Of a stretch of 64,000 nucleotides of DNA, positions 20,201 through 30,246 are shown piece after piece. The notes below the pieces were generated by a model. The model saw only the letters and a program-made list of their open reading frames with translations, had not been told where the DNA came from and searched no databases. Numbering within the stretch: position 1 is the stretch's first letter; each line of letters begins with the position of its first letter. Origin of the DNA: a virus. The stretch lies in IMG/VR virus record IMGVR_UViG_3300024581_002845; one strand, 5' to 3'. The translations under genes were made by a program, and so were the position numbers.

Positions 20201-23200
20201 GGTGTTCCATTGTGAGGAGTTACCACCACCCGCATGTACTTCACCGTTGAAGTAAACATTGTTATTACTATACGGGAATGCGAATACCTCGGTATTTGTC
20301 CCCGCTTCTCTTCTATAGAATGTAATATAATCTGCAGTTTCTCCATTAACAAATGCAGGTGAACCATCCCCATTATAAGAGATACCACCACCATAATCCG
20401 CAGATTGTCCAACATATAAATAACCTGTTCCTTGTCCATTACCGTAGGCTTCAAATCCTGTTTTATATGACTGATCGGCCAATACTCTAATAACACTATC
20501 AGATGTCTTACCAATAGATCCAACGGTTAAATCCCCTGTTAGAGTCCCACCGGCAAGTGGTAAGTGACCAACTTGTGAGTAGGTATATGCAGTATTCCAA
20601 TTACTATCATTATATCCTGATGCGGACAATGTACCACTCGCAACAATATTTCCACTACTACCATCGAGCCAAATCCTTGCATCACCATCAGCGGCAACAT
20701 ACATACCCCAACCACTTCCACTTGCAATTCCCATAAAAGAAGCATCGGCCCTTGTATAACCAATACCGTACATATTACCAAGAGTCGTTACTGATGGAAG
20801 GTAGGAAGTACCTATGGTGAATATAGGGTTTGTCGCACTTGCACTTACACCTACATTATTGTAACCACCAACTAAAAATCCTTTATTATGGGCACTTCTT
20901 CCAATATTTCCTGTCAACACACCACCATCTAATTGTAGGTATCTGTTGTCAATATCAACCGTCCAAGTACTACCATTATTTAAGGTACCGGTAATTACAC
21001 CATTACTCGTGCTGAAGGTCGCCCCTGTTGTATAGTAGTTAACGTCTGTATCTATTGCGAATCCACTTACACTTACGGTGTTCCCATCTGATTTGGTAAG
21101 GGTTAAGGTTTGATTACCACTGTTGTATGTACCACCTGTGACTGTTACGTCGGATAATGTATTTAATAAATTAACATTGAATGTGTCTCCATCATTTCTT
21201 GTGAAGGTTAATACGGCAGTACTACTGTTCCAACTCGCACCTGTCACATACTCATCATTTGTTACGTACCCACTATCGTTGGTGAACATTGATATGTTAC
21301 CTGACACATTCTGAAGAACCCTACTACTACTTATAACACTTGTACCTCCAACCTGTAATCCATATGCGGTATTAACACCAATATCATCTAAAATTTGGAA
21401 ATGTACTTTGTTACCGTCTTCAGGTTCATAAAAATCCAAACCTTCGGGTGTTGCTTTGATTGCCATGTCAATACCCACGTCTGATGAACCATTAAAGAAC
21501 AATGTTGGATTTGCAGTTCCTTGTAAATAAACATTTCTAAACTGAGGTGATGATGTAGTGGTGACATTTTGATCCATTGCTTCCGCAAATGAGTTATTGG
21601 TGTATCCCACTTGACTGTGATCACCCCATCCATATGCGGTGTTCCATTGTGTGGAATCACCCCCGTTAGCGTATATAGTTGCCCATCTATTACCACTACT
21701 ACCTAAATTTTTTGTGTTGTTTGAGTGTGGTATAACATCGGCATCAAATGAGAATAAACCACCGTTCGCCCACATATATACCGATCTATCGGCTTGGAAG
21801 TGTACCCAATTAGTATTCATGGAACCTAAATCCACATACCCCGTATTTGTTTGGATACGAAGTGCGTTAGCGGTTCCTTCAGTGAGTCTTGTATTTGAAT
21901 CGTTGATGTAAATGTCACCACCATCTAATTCAATGTCTCCACTGAAGTATAGTCTATCTCCCGAATTCGTGATTCTATATGAAAAATCACTTGTACCGGT
22001 ATCCGTGTCGTGGAAATCAATGTACTTACCAATTTCCATAACACCATCACTTAAAACCCTCGCATACCCATTATTCCACCAATCTCCACTTTGTGGTGTT
22101 GGGATCGATGTTAGATACCCCGCACTTGCGTGATTACCCCATCCATATGCGGTATCCCAATTTGTGTTGTTGTAACCTGATGCGGATAATGTACCCGTAA
22201 TTGCCACGTTTTGGTTTGTGTCGATGGTGATTGCGGTGGTTGAGTTTGTTTCTAAGTAAAGTTCATTTGCGGTGGTGGTTCTTATTGTACCTGTACCACT
22301 CGTAAATGAGAATCTCCTACTCGTACCATTAATATTTAAATCAGTAGATCCTTGTACATGTACATCACCACTAATTAAGAATCTCTCAGATGTCCCGCTA
22401 TATACGTGCAGTGCACCACTCGGATTAATTTTATTAATACCGACATTACCTCCAAATGGTTGTAATGACATATCCCAATCCGCGGTTCCCGCACCATTCG
22501 TAAACTGTAAACCAACTGAGTTACCACCATCGACTTGTGCAATTGCTAAAGTACCTGAGTTTGTTGAGTGTGGTTTAAACTTAGCAACCGCCATACTTAA
22601 CATCTCCGCCTTGGTCGTTGCATCTTGTGCTGATTGGTGAGATGCTTGGAAATCACCAACAGATATCGAATTTGATGTTGTAGATCCTCTTGAGGTGACA
22701 GTGTTTAAAGTATCCGTTTCACTATATGAAGTTAAGAACCTTCCATCAATGTCTACCGTAAATGTATCACCATCATTTCTTGTGAATGTGATAATACCGT
22801 TACCTGTATTGAAAGTCGCTCCTGTGGTATATTCATTATTATAAGAAGTTAAATAATTCTGGCTCGTTACCCACGATTGTGTTGCTAACTGTTGACTATT
22901 CGCATAAATATTACTTGGTACATATAAGTTACCCGATCTATCATAGATCATGGTATTAAAGTTTGAACTGTTTGCTTGTCTTGTATAAAAGTTCATTTGA
23001 CCACCTCTCGTGGTTGATGAACCTGCAGAAGTGTAAACTCTAATAACCCCAAGTCTGTCATCAGTACCTTCAGCGGCACTACTATTCCAAGTTATATCTC
23101 TAATTAATGTGTTATCACCTGCGGTGTTGTTTCTTAGAATGAGATCGCCCGTCATTGTATCTCCACCCACATTCACATAGTCACTATCGTGGTTGTGAGA

Positions 23201-26200
23201 TGTTAGTGAATATCTTCCATCTAAATCAACAGTGACATCTGACGATCCTTTAACTTTTAATGTTAGTACTCCATCTGAAGTATTAAAGGTGGACCCTGTT
23301 AAGTAGTAGTTGATGTCGGTGTCAATTGCAAACCCACTAACACTTATTGTTGACCCATCGTTTTTGGTTAACTCTAATGTTTGTGTTCCACTATCATAGG
23401 TACCACCTGTTACTGTGACATCTGATAAGGTATCTAACAATGTCACACTAAACGTATCACCATCATTTCTTGTGAAGGTCAATACCGCAGTACTATTATT
23501 CCACGACGCACCTGTTACATACTCATTATTATATGAAGTAAGGTATCCCGCTTGTGAATGGTCTCCCCATCCGTATGCTGTATTCCAATTACTTATGTTT
23601 GTCGATGTGAAATCACCAGCATCCCATATAAGATTACCGTCATTCTTTAAGCTACCATTTGTGAAGTTTATATCACCTCTAAGATTACCGATCGCAACAC
23701 CACCATTAACATGTTTAATGAAGAATTGGTCGGGTGTACCTGTTGCAGATGCATTACCCGAACTTAATATTGTACCGGTATCACCAACGTGTACATCAAG
23801 AGTACCTGTCATGGTATCCCCTCCGACATTGACATACGCACTGTCGTGGTTGTGTCCTGACTCAGCGTACTTACCATCAATATCAACAGTGAATGTATCA
23901 CCGTCATTTCTTGTGAAAGTGATGATTCCATTACCCGTGTTGAATGTTGCACCCGTCACATACTCATTGTTGTATGAGGTAAGGTATCCCGCTTGTGAAT
24001 GGTCTCCCCATCCATATGCCGTATTCCAATTCTCAATGTCACTATCTGCGATGTTTGCTGAAGGTGATGCGGAGAATATTGGATCTGTTTCTGTATATCC
24101 CGTAAGGTATCTTCCGTCCAAATCAACTGTAACGTCTGACATACCTTTACCTACTATGGTAAGAATACCATTTGTGTTATTAAAGGTTGCCCCTGTTGTG
24201 TACCAATTGGTGTCGGTGTCCACCGCAAATCCCGAAACATCAACAGTTGATCCGTCTGATTTTGTTAATCGTAGTGTTTGTGTTCCACTATTATACGTAC
24301 CACCTGTAACGGTGACATCTGATAATGTTTCTAACATGGTAACACTATATGTGTCTCCATCGTTTCTTGTAAAGGTGAGTACTGCAGTTGTTCCGTTCCA
24401 CGTAACCCCCGTTGTGTATTCGTCAGTATTAACCACCGTCTCTGTTGAGGTGGTTAATCCCGTAACATGACCATTACTATCCAATAAAATATCTTGGATA
24501 TAGGTTCTACCACTATTGTTGGATGAAGTGGCTGCAACTACATTTGGGTGTGAGGTTAAATATCCTTCTTGTGCATGATCACCCCACCCATGTGCCGTAT
24601 TCCAATTTTCAATGTTAGTATCAGTAATGTTTGCTGAAGGTGATGCCGAGAATATTGGGTCACTTTCTGTATAACCCGTTAAATATCTCCCATCAAGATC
24701 TACCGTGAATGTATCTCCATCGTTTCTTGTAAATGTAACCACACCATTAAGTTGATTGAATGTGGCACCTGTGGTGTATTCGTTGTTGTATGAAGTGAGG
24801 TATCCCGCTTGTGCGTGATCACCCCACCCATGTGCTAAATTCCAATTCTCTATATCACTATCTGCGATGTTTGCCGAAGGCGATGCTGAGAATATTGGGT
24901 CACTTTCTGTGTATCCTGTTAGGTACCTACCATCGAGATCCACGGTCCAAGTACCACCATCATTACGAGTACCTGTTACAACACCATTAAGTTGATTGAA
25001 TGTGGCACCTGTTGTATAATAATCTGTGGTAGTGTAACTACCTGTAGCCGATTCCAACGATGTTAACCTACTATTTTGTGTGGTATTCGTGGTATCATTG
25101 GAACTTGTGTATGTGTTAAAGTCTCCACGTAAATCTGTTATGTCTTGGTCAGTGGCGTATGTGTCATCAATAGATGAAGTAAAACTCTCTAATGAATCCA
25201 ATCTACCATCATGAGACCCTGAAGTCGTTTCTAATGAACCTAATCTCCCATCAATACCATTTATATTGTTATCATTAGAACTTGTGTATGAATTAAAATC
25301 AGATCTAATAGAACCACTATCAGTTTCTAAAGAATCCAATCTCCCATCTAAGTTTGTGAGGTCAGTATTCGTTAAAAGTCTTTCCTCGTTAGATTTTGTA
25401 CCTCCTAACCAATAGTTGTTGGTTGAATCCCATATAAGTGAACCTGAAAGTAATCCGGGTGAGGTTGTGTCTCTCACTTCAATACCCGCATTTGATGCCC
25501 CACTACCATTTAAAGAGATTATATTATCGGAAAGGTCAACAGTCGTTGAATCAACCCTTGTTTCAGTACCCTTAACCAATAAATTACCTTTTATAGTAAC
25601 ATTAGAACCCGTGAATTCTAATCCATTATCTACTTTAGTTTCAAAGGTTTCAAGATTCCCAATACGTGTATTGTGTGACCCACTTGTGGTTTCTAAAGAG
25701 TCTAATCTATCATCAGTTGATGATGTATAGGACATGAAATTGTCCGCATTATCTTCCGTAGACGACTCAACATTAAATAACCTCTGATTAACAGAAGTAG
25801 AGAATGTGGTCTCAATGGTATCTAATCTTCCATCAAGGGATCCTGTTGTTATCTCTAAACTATCTAACCTACCATCATGGGAACCACTTGTGGTTTCTAA
25901 CGAATCTAATCTATCATCAGTTGATGAAGTGTATAGGTTTAAATCATTTCTTAAATCAGTAACATCCTCATCAGTGGCATATGTTTCATCAATACTACTC
26001 GTAAATGATTCTATGGAATTAAACCTATCATTTACTGAACTTGTGTATGTTTCGAATGACCCTGTTTGGAGATATATACTTTCTTTCCATTCTGCAAATG
26101 TTCCGTCACTATTCACTGTTAGTAATCTACCTCCATAACTCGATGATATAGCAGGTAGTCCACCACCTATAGTTGCCGTTGCAACCCCTGTTTGTGGTGA

Positions 26201-26956
26201 AGAGAAAGTAATAACTAATTGTGTGGAACTTACCGCTTCGACGTTCTGTGGTATAATCACATAACCATCAGAATCAAATACTGTGATTGCGGGGTACTGT
26301 TCACCCAAACCATGATCAAAAGTCCATGTACTTGTGGCACCTGTTACTTCTAATTTTGCGGTAACACCAATACCACCATCATTTTCCGCGGCAACACCGT
26401 CTAAGTATATTTTTGCAGTTCCTGTTGACGTATCACCCGATACTTTAATACCTGTGGAATCATCAAATAAGAATTGTGTAAATTGTCCATCATATGTGAT
26501 TAAGTTCTCATCCGAACCTGACACATTAATTGGAACATTTGTTAGTCCTAAACCACTACCCGTAAATTCTGTTGCTGTTAGAGATCCTGTAATTGAAGTA
26601 TTTACGTTGATTTGTAATCCGTTTGCATCAATAGAAGCCGTAGATGCACCACTTGAAATTTTGTCTAAACTAAGACCTGTTACCCCCGATGCGGGAATAT
26701 TATATAAACCACTACCGTCCCCAATAAAGGAACCTGTTAGAAAGGAACCTGATATTGATCCTACAATATCTAATGATCCTGTGTTCTGTGTGTTTGTGAT
26801 TATTACTTCTTCGATTGACGGACCTTCTGACCCTGATTTGGCCAAGAATATTTTCCCGTCGGTTGTGTTCATTGATAACTCACCAAGTTGTAATTGGGAG
26901 TTATTTGGAACTCTACCGGATACAGCGCTTCTACGCAGTTTAACTGTCTGTCCCAT
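17201..26956 (-). CDS. Giant (3251 aa) tail fibre with C-terminal peptidase S74 intramolecular chaperone
   Basis: N-term KLRRSAV..GELSMNTTDGKIF; coiled-coil RLDSLE repeats; TRNDG and WNTAYGWGDH repeats; SSDERLKDNV..GVIAQEVE..VRYEKL. Confidence 0.9.
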   Translation of the reverse strand: MGQTVKLRRSAVSGRVPNNSQLQLGELSMNTTDGKIFLAKSGSEGPSIEEVIITNTQNTGSLDIVGSISGSFLTGSFIGDGSGLYNIPASGVTGLSLDKISSGASTASIDANGLQINVNTSITGSLTATEFTGSGLGLTNVPINVSGSDENLITYDGQFTQFLFDDSTGIKVSGDTSTGTAKIYLDGVAAENDGGIGVTAKLEVTGATSTWTFDHGLGEQYPAITVFDSDGYVIIPQNVEAVSSTQLVITFSSPQTGVATATIGGGLPAISSSYGGRLLTVNSDGTFAEWKESIYLQTGSFETYTSSVNDRFNSIESFTSSIDETYATDEDVTDLRNDLNLYTSSTDDRLDSLETTSGSHDGRLDSLEITTGSLDGRLDTIETTFSTSVNQRLFNVESSTEDNADNFMSYTSSTDDRLDSLETTSGSHNTRIGNLETFETKVDNGLEFTGSNVTIKGNLLVKGTETRVDSTTVDLSDNIISLNGSGASNAGIEVRDTTSPGLLSGSLIWDSTNNYWLGGTKSNEERLLTNTDLTNLDGRLDSLETDSGSIRSDFNSYTSSNDNNINGIDGRLGSLETTSGSHDGRLDSLESFTSSIDDTYATDQDITDLRGDFNTYTSSNDTTNTTQNSRLTSLESATGSYTTTDYYTTGATFNQLNGVVTGTRNDGGTWTVDLDGRYLTGYTESDPIFSASPSANIADSDIENWNLAHGWGDHAQAGYLTSYNNEYTTGATFNQLNGVVTFTRNDGDTFTVDLDGRYLTGYTESDPIFSASPSANITDTNIENWNTAHGWGDHAQEGYLTSHPNVVAATSSNNSGRTYIQDILLDSNGHVTGLTTSTETVVNTDEYTTGVTWNGTTAVLTFTRNDGDTYSVTMLETLSDVTVTGGTYNSGTQTLRLTKSDGSTVDVSGFAVDTDTNWYTTGATFNNTNGILTIVGKGMSDVTVDLDGRYLTGYTETDPIFSASPSANIADSDIENWNTAYGWGDHSQAGYLTSYNNEYVTGATFNTGNGIITFTRNDGDTFTVDIDGKYAESGHNHDSAYVNVGGDTMTGTLDVHVGDTGTILSSGNASATGTPDQFFIKHVNGGVAIGNLRGDINFTNGSLKNDGNLIWDAGDFTSTNISNWNTAYGWGDHSQAGYLTSYNNEYVTGASWNNSTAVLTFTRNDGDTFSVTLLDTLSDVTVTGGTYDSGTQTLELTKNDGSTISVSGFAIDTDINYYLTGSTFNTSDGVLTLKVKGSSDVTVDLDGRYSLTSHNHDSDYVNVGGDTMTGDLILRNNTAGDNTLIRDITWNSSAAEGTDDRLGVIRVYTSAGSSTTRGGQMNFYTRQANSSNFNTMIYDRSGNLYVPSNIYANSQQLATQSWVTSQNYLTSYNNEYTTGATFNTGNGIITFTRNDGDTFTVDIDGRFLTSYSETDTLNTVTSRGSTTSNSISVGDFQASHQSAQDATTKAEMLSMAVAKFKPHSTNSGTLAIAQVDGGNSVGLQFTNGAGTADWDMSLQPFGGNVGINKINPSGALHVYSGTSERFLISGDVHVQGSTDLNINGTSRRFSFTSGTGTIRTTTANELYLETNSTTAITIDTNQNVAITGTLSASGYNNTNWDTAYGWGNHASAGYLTSIPTPQSGDWWNNGYARVLSDGVMEIGKYIDFHDTDTGTSDFSYRITNSGDRLYFSGDIELDGGDIYINDSNTRLTEGTANALRIQTNTGYVDLGSMNTNWVHFQADRSVYMWANGGLFSFDADVIPHSNNTKNLGSSGNRWATIYANGGDSTQWNTAYGWGDHSQVGYTNNSFAEAMDQNVTTTSSPQFRNVYLQGTANPTLFFNGSSDVGIDMAIKATPEGLDFYEPEDGNKVHFQILDDIGVNTAYGLQVGGTSVISSSRVLQNVSGNISMFTNDSGYVTNDEYVTGASWNSSTAVLTFTRNDGDTFNVNLLNTLSDVTVTGGTYNSGNQTLTLTKSDGNTVSVSGFAIDTDVNYYTTGATFSTSNGVITGTLNNGSTWTVDIDNRYLQLDGGVLTGNIGRSAHNKGFLVGGYNNVGVSASATNPIFTIGTSYLPSVTTLGNMYGIGYTRADASFMGIASGSGWGMYVAADGDARIWLDGSSGNIVASGTLSASGYNDSNWNTAYTYSQVGHLPLAGGTLTGDLTVGSIGKTSDSVIRVLADQSYKTGFEAYGNGQGTGYLYVGQSADYGGGISYNGDGSPAFVNGETADYITFYRREAGTNTEVFAFPYSNNNVYFNGEVHAGGGNSSQWNTAVGWGDHSQAGYLTTYNNEYTTGATFNTGNGIITFTRNDGDTYSVDIDGRFSLSSHTHSSFGDMVTFETARTLNEDWENSPISVLERDSIGSGDTSDTYSPNINFHWRNRVSRSIWMDYTGDFHFGEYTAQGVPGNTGAIYVGGGNSDEWNTAYGWGNHAGLYAAASHNHDSRYYTETEIDTQNTTLNETLAHLRGWVPGYSNSDDSSVRWNRTEDALELQSSSDTATGAVYKARRVEAGETIRFTVMVKGSSAGTAGLYLRIYQHDGNLPDGKTHVSNDAGGVYVQEDDRGDTGWYENDAIATTWTTHVREYTAPVDGYVSLVVLNWTSIGNNSVYLKTPDIQTTQSPNSNKLDGLDSSQFLRSDAADSLTATITMSTQKAFVASNYGHGVYGTYSASKYQHVWSMGTSYNLPADGDSSGNGGNLYGLAWSYNPDYGYVGSNTQSKNGLNHQLLLMMNGVTHTALGSGIWTDGTITTTSHGNSSQWNTAYGWGDHGAEGYWTSHADTSTLSGQYGGANNGVVIEDITVDSNGHVTAVGTRDLDGRFAGLTSTNTLTGGNKITIQNQTDGTSARGIFMWDDTDSNWGIYMSTAGANKSLADGTAASGLDGRTEHAIRFRVNESATQIGFLWENANEVALAQITADTGHLYTRGDVRAGGAVYVGGGGGYFYNDSGSRVRINQDFYTNNSNTYLYGNNTYLGDSSGDNIYVRGNQISGNNWSISTAGYGTFTGGKSNGVWTVNSTADAQILLQSADSWTGIGFDDSASAGSDYIWHWGATGTFAIGGGGSSVSGKKLHIDGGTTIGSSLDAVAAPTDGLYVQSYLSVGAPSNAIPLEVHGSTSGSTVFDVQGTQGQLFSITDDLSGDLFEVSDISGIPILTVNASGTVTIDDTLHVTGDVIAYYSSDERLKDNVKPIENAIDKIRMISGYEFDWNSSSKNEGHDIGVIAQEVEKILPEVVTTRSNGYKAVRYEKLTALLIQSNKELIEKVEELEKKLKNK
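23880..25020. repeat. Near-identical ~240-bp internal repeat units in the giant fibre gene
   Basis: DPIFSASPSANI..WGDH.Q.GYLTS at ~23880-24127, ~24580-24700 and ~24700-24940. Confidence 0.8.
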
Positions 26957-27024
26957 ATATATGGATCTCTATTCTATGTGTAGTGGTATTTACCACAATT
27001 ATTATGACCTATATAGGTCTTATA

Positions 27025-27032
27025 TATAAATA
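27025..27032 (-). promoter_or_regulatory. Class II motif TATTTATA
   Basis: Upstream of the giant fibre gene, just after a terminator. Confidence 0.55.
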
Positions 27033-27051
27033 CTCCTTAATATCATTATAT

Positions 27052-27085
27052 AAAAAAAATCCCAAGATTTCTCAAGGGATTTTTT
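27052..27085 (-). terminator. Intrinsic terminator
   Basis: AAAAAATCCC..GGGATTTTTT inverted repeat with a U-tract on the minus strand, after 27108. Confidence 0.65.
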
Positions 27086-27107
27086 AAACAAATTCTATTG
27101 TATTTTA

Positions 27108-29108
27108 TTAGTACGTACCTCCGTCAATTACCGTAGAGAAACTTAGTGTACCATCTGATGATTTATAACCTAAAATACCGTCTAAAACATCAGTTCCGTT
27201 AGTAGTCGTAACAAAACCAACTTCACTATTTGAGTTCTTGAATGCCACCCATGAGGTTCTTGTTCCGTTATCGAGACCACCACCCGCTGAAAGAGTAAGG
27301 TTACCTGCGATAGTGGTTGCGCCATCATCAGTTGCCACTGTGAATTTATTTGTGTTGTACGATAAAACAGATCCATCATCAGTTAACAATGAGTCTTGGA
27401 TTGTATTGTCGGCACTTGCCACAGGAATGGTATTAACACTTAAACTACTTTCAGATCCGTATGTGCCCGCACTTGTACCAACCAATTTACTTGATTGTCC
27501 TGAAGATGACACGAACATCCAATAATCTTCTTGTGAATCCCACACTAAAGATGCCGATACACCTGAAGATCCTGAGTCCATTACTTCGAAACCTGCATAT
27601 CTCTCAAACGGTGAGTATGCATTTAATCTAATGATATTATCGTCAATCTCAACTGTTTGTGATTGCATCACCACTTCAGTTGCCGATCCTAATACCTCTA
27701 AATTACCTGATACGTATAAGTTCGCTTGTAGATTGGTATTTCCTGTTACAGTTAATTCTCCATGAACATCGGTATTACCTTGTAAGTCAGAATCACCCGT
27801 TACTGTTAGAGTATCGTCGATAGTTGTTGCACCACTAATAGATGTTGTTCCTGTTATTGATGCATTACCCTCAACATTCAAATTAGTTTCGATCGTTGCA
27901 GAACCTGTTACAATAACATTACCTGCAACACCCAAGTTACCTTTTAATTCTGAATCTGATCCCACAATTAAGTTAGAACCTACATTGACATTATCACCAA
28001 CTCTTGAAGATGCAACTGTTAATATGTTACCTACAGAATCGTAAAAGAAATCAGCGTCGTCTTGTAATGAATCACCATCCAATGCGAATGGTACTCTATT
28101 TGCGGTTAATGGTGTCCCATTATTATCAAGTAATGTGTCACCTAAAATTCTTTGATCTAAATTATCTTTTACTAATTTATTATTACCATCTAAACCGATA
28201 AAAATTGAAGTGTCTCCATCAGGAATGTTCGCCAATTCGATATCACCTGAGTTAACTGTAACAATGTCTGAAGATGCATCACCAATAGTTACTTGTCCTT
28301 TAAGGTCAGTAGTACCTGAAACAGTTAAGTCACCCGGTAGTGCTAAACTATTAACAGATATAGACCCTTCAAGATTCAAGTCTTGGATATTCGCAGTTCC
28401 ACTAACATATAAGTCTCTCCAAGACTGTGATGCCGAACCTAAGTCGAATGCATCATCAACATCAGGTATAATAGAAGATGAAACGTCAGCACCGAATTTA
28501 ACAAAATCCGTAGTTGCATCACCCACTGTAATATTACCACCAAGATTAATGTTACCCGCAATATCAGCATCACCACTTAATCTTAAGTTAGAACCTGTGA
28601 TATCACCCGTTACGTCGATATCACCACCCACTTCTGTATTTCCGGTCACACCTAAGGTACCATCAATTGTTTGGTTACCTGTCACAGTCACTGTTCCACC
28701 CGTAATATTGGTGTAGTCGGCATTTGTACCGTCAACATTTGTGATTGTTACATTCGTTATGGTATTACCCTCAATGTTACCTGTCAAATCAAGTCTTTCA
28801 TTCCCTACACCATCGTTGTTAAGAATATATAATGACTCATTTGAAGATGCATAGAAAGGTGTACCGTCTAATATTGATCCGTATGTACCTGCCGCAATTG
28901 ACGGTGCATTTGTACCCGTATAGACTTTTGATGTTGGTTTAAATGCCCCTGCAACCCCCTCATCTGTCGATGCGGGTGAACCAATGAATACGAAAGGTCC
29001 TGATAAGTCAGAAATAGAACCCGAAGCAATGAGTAATTCACCGTTTCTTGTGGTTGTTGTTTTAACATCACCAATGGAACCTCTCCTGTGTTTAATAATT
29101 TGAGCCAT
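27108..29108 (-). CDS. Tail fibre-like protein with beta-helix-type G/T/V repeats
   Basis: MAQIIKHRRG N-term; repeated TVTGN/GNL; DDNIIRLN..SASLVWD module; TATTTATA at 29142-29149. Confidence 0.7.
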   Translation of the reverse strand: MAQIIKHRRGSIGDVKTTTTRNGELLIASGSISDLSGPFVFIGSPASTDEGVAGAFKPTSKVYTGTNAPSIAAGTYGSILDGTPFYASSNESLYILNNDGVGNERLDLTGNIEGNTITNVTITNVDGTNADYTNITGGTVTVTGNQTIDGTLGVTGNTEVGGDIDVTGDITGSNLRLSGDADIAGNINLGGNITVGDATTDFVKFGADVSSSIIPDVDDAFDLGSASQSWRDLYVSGTANIQDLNLEGSISVNSLALPGDLTVSGTTDLKGQVTIGDASSDIVTVNSGDIELANIPDGDTSIFIGLDGNNKLVKDNLDQRILGDTLLDNNGTPLTANRVPFALDGDSLQDDADFFYDSVGNILTVASSRVGDNVNVGSNLIVGSDSELKGNLGVAGNVIVTGSATIETNLNVEGNASITGTTSISGATTIDDTLTVTGDSDLQGNTDVHGELTVTGNTNLQANLYVSGNLEVLGSATEVVMQSQTVEIDDNIIRLNAYSPFERYAGFEVMDSGSSGVSASLVWDSQEDYWMFVSSSGQSSKLVGTSAGTYGSESSLSVNTIPVASADNTIQDSLLTDDGSVLSYNTNKFTVATDDGATTIAGNLTLSAGGGLDNGTRTSWVAFKNSNSEVGFVTTTNGTDVLDGILGYKSSDGTLSFSTVIDGGTY

Positions 29109-29158
29109 CTTCTTTTTAAATTGTTTTTATGTTTAGTTTATTATAAATATTTGATTTA

Positions 29159-29893
29159 TTAGAAACCACCAAGGTCCATAATAGAATTATTTAATCTATC
29201 ACCTATTGAACCAAGATTTTCTATGGTTAATGACGCCTGTCTTATTTGTGCATCCAATTCATTCTTAAGTATACTCATCGCTCCCGATATAACTAATGAA
29301 TCTTGATTAATATCTTGTGAAACCATGGTGGTTTGTCCTTCCACCCTAAGGTCCCCCTTAATTACTACGGAACCGGTTACCTGTAAATCACTATTAGCGG
29401 ACCAAAAAGAACCCGAATCACCCCATATTAAGTGATCTTTTCTTGCAATCGCAACTTCACCCCCTTGGGGACCTGCAATCCACTCATCTTTGGTTGTATC
29501 CCACAATAGAGAACCCGACACCAAGTTTGGTTGTGTTGGATCCTTTATTAATAAACCACCGAACGACTCTTCGGACCCATTAAGTTCTATAATATTATCA
29601 TCTAACGTGACTGTTTCAGATTTAATCGAGGTAAATGTCCCCAAAACGTTTAAATCTCCCTTAACAGTCATGTTTGATCCCGTAAATTCTAATGATTGGG
29701 ATACTGACGATGTAAATTGTTCTAAAGCAAAAAGGTTATCACCGATATAACTACTCAATTCTTGTCCATTGAGTACAATATTTTCGGTGTAGATGTTGGA
29801 AATCGATGCGGTGGGGTTACCGAGGTTGACCGTTTGTCCTGAGGTGATATCCTCTGTTGCGATCTGTTCCCAATATATTTGTTGTAATGCCAT
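29159..29893 (-). CDS. Fibre-related structural protein
   Basis: Shares the LDDNIIELNG..SGSLLWD module; TATTTATA at 29911-29918. Confidence 0.65.
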   Translation of the reverse strand: MALQQIYWEQIATEDITSGQTVNLGNPTASISNIYTENIVLNGQELSSYIGDNLFALEQFTSSVSQSLEFTGSNMTVKGDLNVLGTFTSIKSETVTLDDNIIELNGSEESFGGLLIKDPTQPNLVSGSLLWDTTKDEWIAGPQGGEVAIARKDHLIWGDSGSFWSANSDLQVTGSVVIKGDLRVEGQTTMVSQDINQDSLVISGAMSILKNELDAQIRQASLTIENLGSIGDRLNNSIMDLGGF

Positions 29894-29970
29894 CTAAAAA
29901 GTACTTTAACTATAAATACCTTACAAATGGATCTTTATATAAAAAAGAGATAACTTTTTTGATATCCCCT

Positions 29971-30246
29971 TTATTTTTTCAAATTATCTAAAATTTTTTT
30001 GATTAAATCGTCCTGATCAAAGACATTCACATCAGGCATAAACACCATTCCTTGTGGTGTATCGGGTTCTCTTATGAAAACTGTAGGTAAGGCGTCATCT
30101 TTTAATTCGTTTGTGATTTGACCCCATAAAATAGGGTTATCATCGACATCATACTCCTCAAATAAAATGTCCATACTTGAAAGTCGTTTCTTTAGACTCT
30201 CACAGTATGGACACCCTTTCATTGTGAACACACAAACGGTATTCAT
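29971..30246 (-). CDS. Glutaredoxin-like protein
   Basis: GCPYC, EYDVD, LPTVF. Confidence 0.85.
   Translation of the reverse strand: MNTVCVFTMKGCPYCESLKKRLSSMDILFEEYDVDDNPILWGQITNELKDDALPTVFIREPDTPQGMVFMPDVNVFDQDDLIKKILDNLKK

Noticed and set aside
17201-26956. Diversity-generating retroelement target (Mtd-like N-terminus, repeats)
   Set aside because: There is no reverse transcriptase in the window and no non-coding template repeat differing only at adenines; the repeats are in-frame coding duplications.
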